Origin: Pseudomonadota bacterium | GTDB lineage: Bacteria > Pseudomonadota > Gammaproteobacteria > Burkholderiales > Gallionellaceae | Length of the DNA: 64,000 nucleotides | Direction: 5' to 3' | Assembly (NCBI GenBank): GCA_021782365.1 | Contig: JAJXVB010000008.1 | Span: 64,287-128,286, forward strand | Shown: piece after piece, positions 1 through 10,498 of the stretch | How the letters are laid out: each line of letters starts with the position of its first letter | How positions within the stretch are numbered: position 1 is the stretch's first letter | Made by a program: the position numbers and the translations under genes | Notes under the pieces: model-generated | Database searches by the model: none | The model's input: the letters and a program-made list of their open reading frames with translations, nothing else | What the model was told of the DNA's origin: nothing

Positions 1-729
1 GGCGATGCGGTCGCTGGTGATGGGGTGGGTGCGCATGTAGTTGGGCGCATTGCCGTCGATAAGCCTCGTCGATTTTTGCAGAAGCTCAAGGAACTCGGGC
101 ATCGCGTGAGGGTCGAACCCGGCCTTTTCCATGAGATCAAGACCCAGGCGGTCCGCTTCCTGCTCGTGCTCGCGCGTGAAGTTGAGCTGCTTTTGCATGA
201 GATGCGCGCCTGTTCCGGCCACAGCGGCCTGCGCGATGTCGGGATTGCTGCGCGCGGCCAGTATCGCCAGGGCGATCGCGGCCATAGAAGCCATCGTGTC
301 TCCCTTGGTCGCCGAGACCATGCGCGCCATGTGGTGCTGGGTGACGTGTGAGATCTCATGGCCAAGCACGGAAGCAAGTTCGGACTCGTTTTCGGTGATG
401 AGCAGCAGTCCCGTATTCACGCCGATGAACCCGCCGGGCATCGCGAACGCGTTGACGGTGTTGTCGTTCACCGCGAAGAATTCGAAGTTGAGAGAGGGCT
501 CGTTGGAATACTGGACCAGCTTGTCGCCGATCTCGTTCAGATAGTCGTTGACCTCGGGGTCGTCATAATATTGCTTGCTGGCCTTGATCTGCATCAGGCT
601 CTGCTGGCCGATCTGGCGCTCCTGAAGCGGGCTCAAGGATTCCTGGGATACGTCGCCCAGATCGGGCAAATCGCTGCAGTAGGCTATCGGGGCGAAGATC
701 AGCAGTATAATGAGCGGCAGAATTTTCAT
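1..729 (-). CDS. M48 family zinc metallopeptidase (BepA/YfgC-like), N-terminal part; the gene's 3' end lies beyond the window start
   Basis: My own minus-strand translation from the ATG at 729-727 gives a signal peptide (MKILPLIILLIFAPIAYC), then ...SELASVLGHEISHVTQHH. The HExxH zinc motif is encoded at 346-360, followed by REHEQEADR. The frame stays open to base 1. It is absent from the ORF track because there is no stop codon in the window. Confidence 0.85.
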   Translation of the reverse strand, partial: MKILPLIILLIFAPIAYCSDLPDLGDVSQESLSPLQERQIGQQSLMQIKASKQYYDDPEVNDYLNEIGDKLVQYSNEPSLNFEFFAVNDNTVNAFAMPGGFIGVNTGLLLITENESELASVLGHEISHVTQHHMARMVSATKGDTMASMAAIALAILAARSNPDIAQAAVAGTGAHLMQKQLNFTREHEQEADRLGLDLMEKAGFDPHAMPEFLELLQKSTRLIDGNAPNYMRTHPITSDRIA

Positions 730-826
730 GGCCGGTATGATAATGCGTTTACGGGTGTGTGGATTTAGGATTGCAAGAAAAGTTCAGGCGCGGGATATCC
801 GGTATCAGTAGAGAACAGGAAGAAAA

Positions 827-1141
827 GTGGGCGATTACAAGAATATCACGGTTGCAGAGCTGACCAAACTATTGCAGGAGGGCAGTCTCAGGCTGATCGA
901 TGTGCGCACCGATGCGGAAATCGCGCGCGGCAAGATACCGCAAGGCATGGCCTTGCCCCTTCATCTTCTGCCTTTGCGCATGCACGATCTGGACAAGACT
1001 GCGAAAACGGTCTTCTACTGCCAGGTCGGCGGGCGTTCGGCACAGGCTGCGGCCTTTGCCGCCGCGAACGGTTTTTCTGATGTATACAACCTGCAAGGCG
1101 GCATCACGGCCTGGGCGCATGCAGGCCTGCCCATCGCCTAG
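827..1141 (+). CDS. single-domain rhodanese-like sulfurtransferase
   Basis: 104-aa ORF with a GTG start. It carries the rhodanese active-site loop YCQVGGRS and a C-terminal LQGGITAW. An AGGAAG purine run lies upstream. Confidence 0.85.
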   Translation: MGDYKNITVAELTKLLQEGSLRLIDVRTDAEIARGKIPQGMALPLHLLPLRMHDLDKTAKTVFYCQVGGRSAQAAAFAAANGFSDVYNLQGGITAWAHAGLPIA

Positions 1142-1144
1142 AAG

Positions 1145-2443
1145 ATGAAGGACATCCAGCCAAGATCGAGAGCCCTCGAGCTCATCGACTTCATCGATGA
1201 GAGCCCCAGTCCATGGCATGCCGTTGCGAACGCGGAAAAGCGGCTTCTGGCGAATGGCTACTCGAGGCTTCTTGAGGGCGAGAGGTGGCGGCTCGAATCT
1301 GGCGGACGCTATTACGTCGTGCGCGGGGCATCCCTCGTCGCATTCGTGTTGGGCAGCGCTCAGCTTGTCGAACAGGGCCTGCGCATCGTCGGCGCGCATA
1401 CCGATTCCCCCGGCTTGAGACTCAAACCCAGGCCGGTTCTGGCAGGCGACGGATTGATGCGGCTTGCGGTCGAAGTCTATGGCGGACCGATACTCGCGAC
1501 TTTCGCGGACCGCGACCTGGGTCTTGCGGGGCGGGTCGTGCTGCGTTCGGGTTCCAAACAGGAGACCAGACTCGTTCGCTTCGATCAGCCTCTCCTGAGG
1601 CTTCCCAATCTCGCGATACACATGAACCGCGAAGTGAATGAGAAGGGTCTGAAATTCAACAAGCAGACGGAGCTCGCGCTGACCTTGGGGTTGCTGAAGG
1701 AGGGAGAGGATGCAGAAGTGCGTTTTCGAAAGCTATTATCCGATGCCGCGGGTGCCGATGCGGCAGATATTCTGAGCTTCGATCTTGTCGCCTTCGACAT
1801 GCAGAAGGGATGCCTTTGGGGGGCAGAAGAGGAATTCATCGCGGACAGCCAGCTGGACAATCTGGCTTCGACCCATGCCGCCTTGTCCGCATTGATCGAT
1901 ACCGAAGAGCCCAAAGCCACCTGCATGGTGGCTCTCTTCGACCACGAGGAGGTGGGAAGCGAGAGCGCGACGGGAGCTGGCGGCAGCTTCATCGTCGACA
2001 TGTTCTCACGCATCGTATTTCACGCAGGCCTCGACGACGAGGACAAGCGCCGCGCAATCTCTCAGAGCTTCTTCATCAGTGCGGACATGGCGCACGCCTA
2101 CAATCCGAATTTCCCGGCTTCATATGAGCCCGGCCACAAGGTGATGGTGAACGGGGGGCCGGTCATCAAGACCAATGTGAATCAGCGCTATGCGAGCGAT
2201 GCCGAGAGTGCCGCGCGCTTCATGAGATGCTGCGAGATCGCAAGCGTGCCATATCAGCAGTATGCGCACCGGAGCGATCTTGGATGCGGCAGCACCATAG
2301 GCCCCACGGTCGCAGCGCAGCTCGGCATCTCAAGCGTGGATGTCGGGTCGGCAATGTGGGCGATGCACAGCGCAAGAGAAAGCGCAGGCGTCCAGGATCA
2401 TACGCACATGATCGCCGCCCTGACAGCGGCTTTCAGCAGTTGA
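1145..2443 (+). CDS. apeB: M18 family (aspartyl) aminopeptidase
   Basis: 432 aa with M18-type motifs SPSPWHAV, GAHTDSPG, FDHEEVGS and ADMAHA. It starts 3 nt after the rhodanese stop codon. Confidence 0.9.
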   Translation: MKDIQPRSRALELIDFIDESPSPWHAVANAEKRLLANGYSRLLEGERWRLESGGRYYVVRGASLVAFVLGSAQLVEQGLRIVGAHTDSPGLRLKPRPVLAGDGLMRLAVEVYGGPILATFADRDLGLAGRVVLRSGSKQETRLVRFDQPLLRLPNLAIHMNREVNEKGLKFNKQTELALTLGLLKEGEDAEVRFRKLLSDAAGADAADILSFDLVAFDMQKGCLWGAEEEFIADSQLDNLASTHAALSALIDTEEPKATCMVALFDHEEVGSESATGAGGSFIVDMFSRIVFHAGLDDEDKRRAISQSFFISADMAHAYNPNFPASYEPGHKVMVNGGPVIKTNVNQRYASDAESAARFMRCCEIASVPYQQYAHRSDLGCGSTIGPTVAAQLGISSVDVGSAMWAMHSARESAGVQDHTHMIAALTAAFSS

Positions 2444-2457
2444 AACCTGAGGCGATC

Positions 2458-2664
2458 ATGCTTGAAGAACGCCTGGTAAACATCGAAACAAAAATCGCCT
2501 TCCAGGAAGACCTGATTGAGGAGCTGAACAAAATCGTCTATCAGCAGCAACAGAAGCTCAACCAGTTGGAGGCGACCTGCGCATCGCTTGCAAGACGCAT
2601 GCAGTCTCTGGCTGATTCTCTGCATGAAAGCAAGCCTGCAAGCGAGAGGCCGCCCCACTATTAG
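2458..2664 (+). CDS. slyX: SlyX family coiled-coil protein
   Basis: 68 aa from the internal ATG at 2458 of track ORF 2227-2664: MLEERLVNIETKIAFQEDLIEELNKIVYQQQQKLNQLE... This is the typical SlyX heptad sequence. The upstream part of the track ORF overlaps apeB. Confidence 0.8.
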   Translation: MLEERLVNIETKIAFQEDLIEELNKIVYQQQQKLNQLEATCASLARRMQSLADSLHESKPASERPPHY

Positions 2665-2694
2665 CATGCGCCTCGCCTGCCTTCGCGAGCATTT

Positions 2695-5493
2695 TCAGTT
2701 CAATCTGGCGCGCTGCGACTGAAGCTGGGAGAGCATTGCAGAAAAATCGTTCATACGTTTTTTTTCCTGTTCGACCACCGCTGCAGGTGCTCTGGAAACA
2801 AAGCTTTCGTTGCCAAGCTTGGTTTCGGCCTTCGCGATCTCACCCTTTATGCGGAGGATCTCCTTGTCCAGCCTTTCGCGCTCGGCTGCGACGTCGATCT
2901 CCACCTTGAGCATCAGCTTGTATGAGCCAATGACAGCAACCGCAGCTTCGTCTGAAGGAAGATCGCTTGCGATTTGAACTTCGGAAAGCTTTGCGAGGCT
3001 GCTGATGTAGGGGGAGAGTGCATTGAGCGTCTCTGCATTGCCTGCGGCGATCAGCGGCACGCGGACGGCGGGCGAGAGATTCATCTCGCTTCGCAGACGG
3101 CGGCATGCGTTGACCATCTCCTGAAGCAGCACAATCCGTCCTGCTGCTTCTTCATCGCTCCTTGAATCGGCAACGGGGTAGGCTTGTAGCATGATGCTCT
3201 TCCCGCTCTTTCCGGCCAGAGGTGCGACGGATTGCCAGAGCTCCTCGGTGATGAAGGGGATGATGGGGTGGGCCAGGCGCAGTATCGCCTCCAGCACGCG
3301 CACCAGCGTTCTTCTGGTCGCGCGCTGCTCTGCTTCATTGCCGTTCGCCATCTGCACCTTCGCGAGCTCCACATACCAGTCGCAATAGGTGTTCCACACG
3401 AGCTCGTAAACCGTGCGGGCCGCCATGTCGAAGCGGTAGTCCGCGAAGTGCGCAGCCATCTCCGTTTCCGCCTTCTGCAGCTCGGATATCATCCATCTGT
3501 CGGCGACCGAATGCTCGAGCGGCAGGCTCTCGTCAAGGCCGGTATCCTTACCCTCGCAGTTCATCAGCACGAAGCGCGTCGCGTTCCAGAGCTTGTTGCA
3601 GAAGTTGCGGTAACCTTCGCAGCGCTGCATGTCGAACTTGATGTCGCGGCCGGGGGATGCGAGAGAGGCGAAGGTGAAGCGCAGCGCATCGGTGCCGAAT
3701 GCGGGTATGCCGTTCGGGTATTCCTTGCGGGTGCGCTTTTCTATGTCTTCCGCCTGCTTGGGATTCATCAGGCCGAAGGTGCGCTTTTTCAGGAGATCAT
3801 CGAGCGAGATGCCGTCTATCAGGTCGATGGGGTCAAGCACGTTGCCCTTGGATTTCGACATCTTCTGGCCTTCCGCATCGCGGATCAGGCCGTGCACATA
3901 GACGTCCCTGAAGGGGATCTTGCCGGTGATGTGCCGGGTCATCATCACCATGCGCGCGACCCAGAAGAAGATGATGTCGAAGCCTGTGACGAGAACCGAT
4001 GATGGAAGGTAACGCTTTACGAGATCGCTCTGCTCATCGAAAGTCTTGTCCATGTCCCAGTCCAGCGTGGAGAATGGCCAGAGCGCGGAGGAAAACCAAG
4101 TGTCGAGCACGTCTTGATCGCGGTCTAGCTGGCCTGCATAGTCGGCCTTGTCGGCAAGGCTCCTCGCCTCCTCTTCATTGCGCGCGACGAAAACTTCCCC
4201 GTTCACGCCATACCATGCGGGTATCTGGTGCCCCCACCAGAGCTGGCGGGAGATGCACCAGTCCTGGATGTTGTTGAGCCACTGGTTATAGGTGTTCACC
4301 CAGTTTTCCGGATGGAATCGTATCTCGCCTGAGCTCACGCATTCCAACGCCTGTTCCGTGATGCTCTTGCCATTTGCACCCGGCTTGCTCATCGCGACGA
4401 ACCACTGGTCGGTCAGCATGGGTTCGATCACTGCACCCGTCCTGTCGCCTCTTGGTACCTTCAGTCTGTGCTTTTCGGCCTTCTCGAAGAGGCCGTATTT
4501 CTTGAGATCCTCGACGATCTCTTTGCGAGCATCGAAGCGGTCAAGACTCCGGTATTTTTCGGGAGCATGGTCGTTGATCTTCCCATCCAGGGTTAGCACC
4601 GAGATCATCGGAAGGTCATGCCGTTGTCCCACCGCATAGTCGTTGAAGTCATGCGCGGGCGTGACCTTGACCACACCCGTGCCGAATTCACGGTCAACGT
4701 ATTCGTCGCCTATGATGGGGATGGTGCGGTCGCACAACGGTAGTGCGACTTGTTTGCCGATCAAATGTTTGTAGCGCTCGTCCTCGGGATGAACCATCAC
4801 CGCCACGTCGCCAAGCAGGGTTTCGGGGCGCGTGGTGGCGACGGTCAGATGCGTCAGCCCTGCATCGGGCGAGCTCAAGGGATAGTGGATGTGGTACATG
4901 AAGCCGTCCTCTTCCTCCTGTACCACTTCGAGGTCGGAGACCGCGGTGTGCAGCTTGGGGTCCCAGTTCACGAGGCGCTTGCCGCGGTAGATCAGGCCTT
5001 CGTTATAGAGCCTGACAAAGGTCTCGGTGACGGATTTCGACAGGCCTTCGTCCATCGTGAAGCGCTCGCGCGACCAGTCTGGCGAGGTGCCCAGGCGGCG
5101 CATCTGGCGGGTGATGTTGCCTCCCGAATACTCCTTCCATTCCCATACCTTTTCGATGAAGGCCGCACGTCCCAGGTCGTGGCGCGATATGCCCTTCGCG
5201 TCGAGCTGGCGCTCGACCACGATCTGTGTGGCGATGCCCGCGTGATCCGTGCCAGGCTGCCAGAGCGTGTTGTCTCCCTTCATGCGATGGTAGCGGGTCA
5301 GCGCGTCCATCAGCGTCTGGTTGAAGCCGTGCCCCATGTGCAGCGTGCCGGTGACGTTCGGGGGAGGCAACTGTATGCAGAATGATGAAGTCTTCGAAGG
5401 GTCGGCACCTGCATCGAAATAGCCCAAGGCCTCCCATTCCGGATACCAGCGCGATTCGATGTCTTTCGGTTCAAAGCTTTTGTTGAGTTCCAT
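2695..5493 (-). CDS. valS: valine--tRNA ligase
   Basis: 932 aa with the class I HIGH motif (TLHMGHG), the KMSKS motif (QKMSKSKGN) and a C-terminal coiled coil. It lies downstream of holC and pepA, as in E. coli. Confidence 0.98.
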   Translation of the reverse strand: MELNKSFEPKDIESRWYPEWEALGYFDAGADPSKTSSFCIQLPPPNVTGTLHMGHGFNQTLMDALTRYHRMKGDNTLWQPGTDHAGIATQIVVERQLDAKGISRHDLGRAAFIEKVWEWKEYSGGNITRQMRRLGTSPDWSRERFTMDEGLSKSVTETFVRLYNEGLIYRGKRLVNWDPKLHTAVSDLEVVQEEEDGFMYHIHYPLSSPDAGLTHLTVATTRPETLLGDVAVMVHPEDERYKHLIGKQVALPLCDRTIPIIGDEYVDREFGTGVVKVTPAHDFNDYAVGQRHDLPMISVLTLDGKINDHAPEKYRSLDRFDARKEIVEDLKKYGLFEKAEKHRLKVPRGDRTGAVIEPMLTDQWFVAMSKPGANGKSITEQALECVSSGEIRFHPENWVNTYNQWLNNIQDWCISRQLWWGHQIPAWYGVNGEVFVARNEEEARSLADKADYAGQLDRDQDVLDTWFSSALWPFSTLDWDMDKTFDEQSDLVKRYLPSSVLVTGFDIIFFWVARMVMMTRHITGKIPFRDVYVHGLIRDAEGQKMSKSKGNVLDPIDLIDGISLDDLLKKRTFGLMNPKQAEDIEKRTRKEYPNGIPAFGTDALRFTFASLASPGRDIKFDMQRCEGYRNFCNKLWNATRFVLMNCEGKDTGLDESLPLEHSVADRWMISELQKAETEMAAHFADYRFDMAARTVYELVWNTYCDWYVELAKVQMANGNEAEQRATRRTLVRVLEAILRLAHPIIPFITEELWQSVAPLAGKSGKSIMLQAYPVADSRSDEEAAGRIVLLQEMVNACRRLRSEMNLSPAVRVPLIAAGNAETLNALSPYISSLAKLSEVQIASDLPSDEAAVAVIGSYKLMLKVEIDVAAERERLDKEILRIKGEIAKAETKLGNESFVSRAPAAVVEQEKKRMNDFSAMLSQLQSQRARLN

Positions 5494-5596
5494 TTGTCAG
5501 AGCAGGATTTTGCAAAAACGCAATTATACAGGCAGGCACGCCGGGCAAATCTGCAAATCCACATATAATGACGCAGACTTTTTGAAAGGAGGCATC

Positions 5597-5899
5597 ATGT
5601 TCATTGCAATGAATCGTTTCAAGATCGCGCCTGGAATGGAAGGCGAATTCATCGAAATCTGGAAGAAGCGCGACAGCCATCTCGAGGGCGTTCCGGGTTT
5701 CAGGAGCTTCAATCTGCTGCAGGGCGCATCCACCGACGAATACACGCTGTTTGCCTCGCATTCGGTGTGGGACAGTCGCCAGGCATTCGAGGACTGGACG
5801 CGCTCCGAGGCTTTCAGGATGGCCCATGCACAGGCGGGGCAGACCAGGAACGTCTATCTCGGCCCGCCCAACCTCGAGCTCTTTGAAGCGGTGATCTAG
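5597..5899 (+). CDS. antibiotic-biosynthesis-monooxygenase (ABM) domain protein
   Basis: 100 aa starting at ATG 5597, preceded by an AGGAGG RBS. The sequence MFIAMNRFKIAPGMEGEFIEIWKKRDSHLEGVPGF...WDSRQAFEDW is typical of the ferredoxin-like ABM fold. Confidence 0.8.
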   Translation: MFIAMNRFKIAPGMEGEFIEIWKKRDSHLEGVPGFRSFNLLQGASTDEYTLFASHSVWDSRQAFEDWTRSEAFRMAHAQAGQTRNVYLGPPNLELFEAVI

Positions 5900-6213
5900 A
5901 CGGGCTTGACGTCCTTCAGCGCGTCTATGAGGAGGCGTGGAAGCTCCGCCTTGAGTTCGCTGATCGCAAGCTCGACCGCGAGTTTCTGCAGCTGTTCGAG
6001 TTGCTGGTTGAGCTTCTGGGAAAAAGCACTCTCGAGATGGGATTCGAGATGGCGCAGCAGTTGATCCACTTCGGCTGGATTGAGCGGGCGCATGTGCGTG
6101 CCTGTCGCGGAAAAGTCGGGAAGCGGCGGTGTGACGACCGAGGTGAGCAAGGGAAGCTCTTGGGGCTCGCCTGAAATTTCCGTCAAAACCGGCAGGTCTG
6201 GCTGATCGGTCAT
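5896..6213 (-). CDS. hypothetical acidic/coiled-coil protein translationally coupled to holC
   Basis: 105 aa from ATG 6213-6211 (MTDQPDLPVLTEISGEPQ...). The start forms an ATGA overlap with the holC stop codon. I recognised no motifs. The track ORF extension to 6360 would overlap holC. Confidence 0.55.
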   Translation of the reverse strand: MTDQPDLPVLTEISGEPQELPLLTSVVTPPLPDFSATGTHMRPLNPAEVDQLLRHLESHLESAFSQKLNQQLEQLQKLAVELAISELKAELPRLLIDALKDVKPV

Positions 6214-6638
6214 GGCTGTGTCCGGTTGAGGTCGAAATGCCTGAGCTCGTAGCCCCGGTCGCGGTAGAACTTGAAGCGTTCGCGGCCAAGCTGGCTGTCC
6301 TTGTCGTCCATCCCCACGATCTCCGCGACGCGTTCGAAGCGGCTGAAAAACGGCATGCATTCTTCGTGCAGGCTGATCAGCATGTCGTGATGCGGAAAGG
6401 TTTCATCGCTGCAGCTCAGGATGACAGGCAACTTCTCCGCCTTTTCGTCGCGGCTTCTGGCGTGCGGGATGAAGGCGATGTCGGGATATTGCCAGAGCAG
6501 CTTGTCCATCGCATCGAGACTTGCCTCGTCCGGCAGGCTCACCACGGTTTGCAGGCCGTGCTGCATCGCCTTGTGGCAAAGCTGACAGGCGGTGCGCAGC
6601 TTGTCGGATGATCCCGTATAGAAATCGACCTTGGTCAT
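6210..6638 (-). CDS. holC: DNA polymerase III subunit chi
   Basis: 142 aa: MTKVDFYTGSSDKLRTACQLCHKA...LLWQYPDIAFIPH, resembling HolC. It sits between pepA and valS, the conserved arrangement. Confidence 0.9.
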   Translation of the reverse strand: MTKVDFYTGSSDKLRTACQLCHKAMQHGLQTVVSLPDEASLDAMDKLLWQYPDIAFIPHARSRDEKAEKLPVILSCSDETFPHHDMLISLHEECMPFFSRFERVAEIVGMDDKDSQLGRERFKFYRDRGYELRHFDLNRTQP

Positions 6639-6775
6639 CTGCCCCCCTGAAAATCTACTGCGCAGCTAGAAGTCGCATGCTCGTTCAATCCTCGCCTACC
6701 CGAAAGGTATGTCTCGTCATTCACTGCGCGGCTCCTTGCATTCTGGCTTGCTCGCTACGACTTTTAGTGGGACAG

Positions 6776-8263
6776 TCATTTTTTTCCGGCGCGCCTTATC
6801 AGATATTGCGCGAGCAAAGGCACGGGGCGGCCGGTCGATCCCTTTTCCTTGCCTGATTTCCAGGCTGTGCCCGCGATGTCGAGATGCGCCCAGCGGTAAT
6901 CCTTGGTGAAGCGGGCGAGGAAGCATGCGGCGGTCACGCTGCCTGCGGCCCGTCCCCCGATGTTCTGCATGTCGGCAAAGTTGCTGTCCAGCTGCTGCTG
7001 GTATTCATCCCAGAGCGGCAGCTGCCATGCCTTGTCGTTCATGTAGAGGCCCGCATCCAGAAGCTCTTTCGCAAGCTCCTCCTGGTTGCTGAACAATCCC
7101 GATGCGACGCCGCCCAATGCGATCACGCAGGCGCCCGTGAGGGTCGCGATATCGATCACGGTATCCGGTTCGAAACGCGCGGCATAGGTCAGCGCATCGC
7201 ACAGGATCAGCCTGCCCTCTGCGTCCGTGTTGAGTATCTCTATCGTCTGTCCGGACATGCTCTTCACGATGTCGCCGGGCTTGCTTGCGGCGCCATCCGG
7301 CATGTTTTCGCTGCTCGGGATCACGCCGATCACGTTGAGCTTGAGCCCCATCTCCGCGACGGCGAGGATCGCACCCAGAACGCTCGCCGCGCCGCACATG
7401 TCGTATTTCATCTCGTCCATCTCGGCGGCGGGTTTGATGGAGATGCCGCCTGAATCGAAGGTGAGTCCCTTGCCGACCAGCACCACCGGTTTTTGCTTCT
7501 TGTCGGCGCCACGGTATTCGAGCGTGATCAGTTTTGCGGGCTGTCGGCTGCCGCGGGTCACTGAAAGAAGCGAGAACATGCCGAGTTTCTCCATGTCCTT
7601 CTCTTCGAGTATGGTGGCTTTGAGCTTGTGCGCGCTTGCGAGCTTCTTCGTCTGGTCGGCGAGATAGGATGGCGTGCAGATGTTGCCAGGCAGGTTGCCG
7701 AGATCCTTTGCGAGCTTCATGCCGTGAGCGATCGCGCTGGCCTGCTTCAATGCGTCTTGCGCTAAAGATCCGGGTTTCTTCGCTGTGCCCAGGAGTATCT
7801 TGCGAAGCGCAGGCTTCTCGGCGGGCTTGCTCTTCATGCTGTCGGAACGGTAGGCTGATTCGGCTGCGGCAAGCACGATCTGGGTGATCTTCCACGATTC
7901 GTCCTGGTCCTTGACGGAGATGTCGGTGAGATAAAGTGCTGCGTCCTTGCAGACGGATTTGCCAAGCGTTGTAAAGATTGAGCGCAGCATGTCGATGAAC
8001 TGCTTTGCATTGAGCTCGTTCTGCTTGCCAAGCCCGACCAGCAGGGCGCGTTCGGCCGCAACGCCTGTCAGCGTATGGACCATCAGGCTAGAACCGGATT
8101 TCCCGGTCATATCGCCTCGCGCGATCAAGTCGCTAAGCTGATGGTTCGCTGCTTCATCGAAGCCGTGAGCGGAAGGAGCGAGCTGTCCGCCTTCGTAAAC
8201 GCCAAGCACGACGCAGGCGCTGCGCTGATTTTCCGAGCTGCTTTGTTTTATGCTAAATTCCAT
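6776..8263 (-). CDS. pepA: leucyl aminopeptidase (M17)
   Basis: 495 aa. The N-terminus MEFSIKQSSSENQRSACVVLGV closely resembles E. coli PepA, and the M17 signature NTDAEGRL is present. Confidence 0.97.
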   Translation of the reverse strand: MEFSIKQSSSENQRSACVVLGVYEGGQLAPSAHGFDEAANHQLSDLIARGDMTGKSGSSLMVHTLTGVAAERALLVGLGKQNELNAKQFIDMLRSIFTTLGKSVCKDAALYLTDISVKDQDESWKITQIVLAAAESAYRSDSMKSKPAEKPALRKILLGTAKKPGSLAQDALKQASAIAHGMKLAKDLGNLPGNICTPSYLADQTKKLASAHKLKATILEEKDMEKLGMFSLLSVTRGSRQPAKLITLEYRGADKKQKPVVLVGKGLTFDSGGISIKPAAEMDEMKYDMCGAASVLGAILAVAEMGLKLNVIGVIPSSENMPDGAASKPGDIVKSMSGQTIEILNTDAEGRLILCDALTYAARFEPDTVIDIATLTGACVIALGGVASGLFSNQEELAKELLDAGLYMNDKAWQLPLWDEYQQQLDSNFADMQNIGGRAAGSVTAACFLARFTKDYRWAHLDIAGTAWKSGKEKGSTGRPVPLLAQYLIRRAGKK

Positions 8264-8291
8264 GACTTGCTCCCATACCGTTTGATTTCCA

Positions 8292-9425
8292 ATGACCGAT
8301 TATCCGCAAACCAGCAGTATAAAGTCAAAGAGGTTCCGACGCGGCCTCTTTCATCGCGCGCTGGTGAGCGAATTTGCCGGGAACGGTCTTCTGATATTCG
8401 CGACGCTTCTCGGCATCGTGGTGATCACCCAGCTGATCCGTTTCCTGACAGAGGCGGTCAGCGGAAAACTGGCGGTAGACGGGGTGCTCGCCCTGTTGGG
8501 TTTCAGCGCATTGAACTACCTTCCCGTTCTGCTTTCCATCTCGCTTTTCATATCCATCCTGCTCACGCTCTCGCGATGCTATAAGGACAGCGAGATGGTC
8601 GTATGGTTCACGGCGGGAATCGGTCTTACGCGCTGGATAAGGCCCGTTCTCTGGTATGCGATACCGGTCGTGCTGGTGGTCGCGCTGATGAGCCTCGTGC
8701 TTTCTCCCTGGGCATTGCGCAAGTCCAACGAATACAGGCAAAAGCTCGACAGCCGGGACGAGGTCAGCACGATCACGCCCGGAACCTTCCACGAGTCCCC
8801 GCAGATGGACAGGGTCTATTTCGTCGAGGCCGCAGACGTGAAGACGGGGGTGATCGGGCGCGTCTTCGTGCGCTCGATACAGAACGGGGAGCTTGGCACC
8901 ATGGTCGCAAGCCGGGGCATGCAGGAAATCATGCCCAATGGAGATCGCTTCCTGGTCTTGCTGAATGGCACGCGCTACGAGGGCACTCCCGGGCAGAGGG
9001 ACTACCGCATCGTCGACTTCAGGCGCTATGCGCTGCGCATCGACAGCGTGGCGGCAAAAGAGGGATTGCCCGATGTGCGCACGCTGCCGACTCCCGAATT
9101 GTGGAGAAATCCCACGACCTGGAATCTGTCCGAGCTTGAGTGGCGGCTGGGTCTTCCCATCAGCGCCGCCGTGCTCTCCCTGATGGCGATCGCGCTGAGT
9201 TATGTCAATCCGAGAGCGGGGCGCTCCTTCAACCTGGTTCTCGCACTCGTGCTCTACATGATCTACAACAACATGATCAGCGTCACCAACGCCTGGGTGG
9301 GCCAGGGGAAGATGTCTCCCGGCATAGGGCTGTGGGGGCTGCACGCGCTGATGATGCTCATCGCGGTTGCGCTTTTCTATAAGCGCATGAACCTTTTCTC
9401 CTGGCGCAAGGTGTTCGGAAGATGA
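8292..9425 (+). CDS. lptF: LPS export ABC transporter permease LptF
   Basis: 377 aa of the YjgP/YjgQ-type permease family. It is divergent from pepA as in E. coli and shares an ATGA overlap with lptG at 9422-9425. Confidence 0.9.
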   Translation: MTDYPQTSSIKSKRFRRGLFHRALVSEFAGNGLLIFATLLGIVVITQLIRFLTEAVSGKLAVDGVLALLGFSALNYLPVLLSISLFISILLTLSRCYKDSEMVVWFTAGIGLTRWIRPVLWYAIPVVLVVALMSLVLSPWALRKSNEYRQKLDSRDEVSTITPGTFHESPQMDRVYFVEAADVKTGVIGRVFVRSIQNGELGTMVASRGMQEIMPNGDRFLVLLNGTRYEGTPGQRDYRIVDFRRYALRIDSVAAKEGLPDVRTLPTPELWRNPTTWNLSELEWRLGLPISAAVLSLMAIALSYVNPRAGRSFNLVLALVLYMIYNNMISVTNAWVGQGKMSPGIGLWGLHALMMLIAVALFYKRMNLFSWRKVFGR

Positions 9426-10498
9426 ACCTGCTGACCCGCTATCTTGCCCGCGAGATATACGCCAGCGTGTTCCTGGTTTTCGCATCCCTCCTCATGCTTT
9501 TCTCATTCCTCGATTTCATCCATGAGTTGAGCGTGATGGGCTATGGAAAATACAGCCTGGGCTATGTGCTGGCCTTCGTTGCGCTGACGATACCCGGCCA
9601 TATATACGAGCTTTTCCCGGTCGCCGTCCTGGTGGGCACGATACTCGCGCTGGTGCAGATGGCTTCGCGTTCTGAACTCACGATCTACCGCGCATCGGGC
9701 GCATCGACCATGCAGATGCTGAGTGCTTTGGGAAAGATCGCGCTGCCGATGATCGTCATCAGCTTTCTCTGCGGAGAATTTCTGGCGCCACCTTCCGAGC
9801 GCATGGCCCAGAAGCTGAGGCTACAGGCGATGAACAGCAAGGTCTCGCTTCAGGCCTTCCGCTCAGGTGTCTGGGTCAAGGACGGAAAGAGCTTCGTGAA
9901 CGTGAAGAACGTGATGCCGGATACGAGTCTTTCGGATATCGTGATATACGATTTTGACGAGACCTTTCATCTAAAGTCTGTCGTGAGCGCAAAGGGGGCG
10001 GCCTATCTCGAGCCGGGGCTATGGAAGCTTACGGATGTGCTGCAGACGAACTTTTCGAAATCAGGCGTCACCACCGATTCGATGAAGAGCCAGAGCTGGA
10101 AGTCAGAGCTCACGCCGGGCATCATGAGCGTGATGCTCGTTGTGCCGGAGCAGATGTCGGCCCTTGATCTGTACCAGTATGCGGAGCATCTTAAGGAGAA
10201 CAAGCAGCAGAGCGCGCGCTACGAGATCGCGATGTGGAACAAGCTGATCTATCCTTTTGCGCTGCTGGTCATGATGGTTCTTGCGCTGCCATTCGCCTCC
10301 TACCAGAGGCGCTCCGGCGGCGTAGGGGTGATGGTCTTTCTGGGCATCGTGCTGGGCCTCGCATTTCATTTCACGGGACGCCTCGTCGCGAGTCTCGGAG
10401 CGCTCAACAACTGGCAGCCGCTTCTCAGCGCCACCGCGATGACCATCGTCTTCTTGGCGATAGGCGTGGTCATGATCTGGTGGGTGGAGAGACGCTAG
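9422..10498 (+). CDS. lptG: LPS export ABC transporter permease LptG
   Basis: 358 aa, starting MNLLTRYLAREIYASVFLVF..., of the YjgP/YjgQ family and paired with lptF. Confidence 0.92.
   Translation: MNLLTRYLAREIYASVFLVFASLLMLFSFLDFIHELSVMGYGKYSLGYVLAFVALTIPGHIYELFPVAVLVGTILALVQMASRSELTIYRASGASTMQMLSALGKIALPMIVISFLCGEFLAPPSERMAQKLRLQAMNSKVSLQAFRSGVWVKDGKSFVNVKNVMPDTSLSDIVIYDFDETFHLKSVVSAKGAAYLEPGLWKLTDVLQTNFSKSGVTTDSMKSQSWKSELTPGIMSVMLVVPEQMSALDLYQYAEHLKENKQQSARYEIAMWNKLIYPFALLVMMVLALPFASYQRRSGGVGVMVFLGIVLGLAFHFTGRLVASLGALNNWQPLLSATAMTIVFLAIGVVMIWWVERR

Noticed and set aside
2665-2694. Possible bidirectional terminator between slyX and valS (CTCGC-N8-GCGAG followed by TTTT).
   Set aside because: The stem is only 5 bp with an 8-nt loop, too weak to call with any confidence.
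5545-5558. GCAAAT-CT-GCAAAT direct repeat upstream of the ABM-domain gene, possibly related to the GCAAAT half-sites of the rpsU promoter palindrome.
   Set aside because: A 6-mer is expected about 30 times by chance on both strands of a 64-kb window, so a shared hexamer is not evidence for a common regulator.
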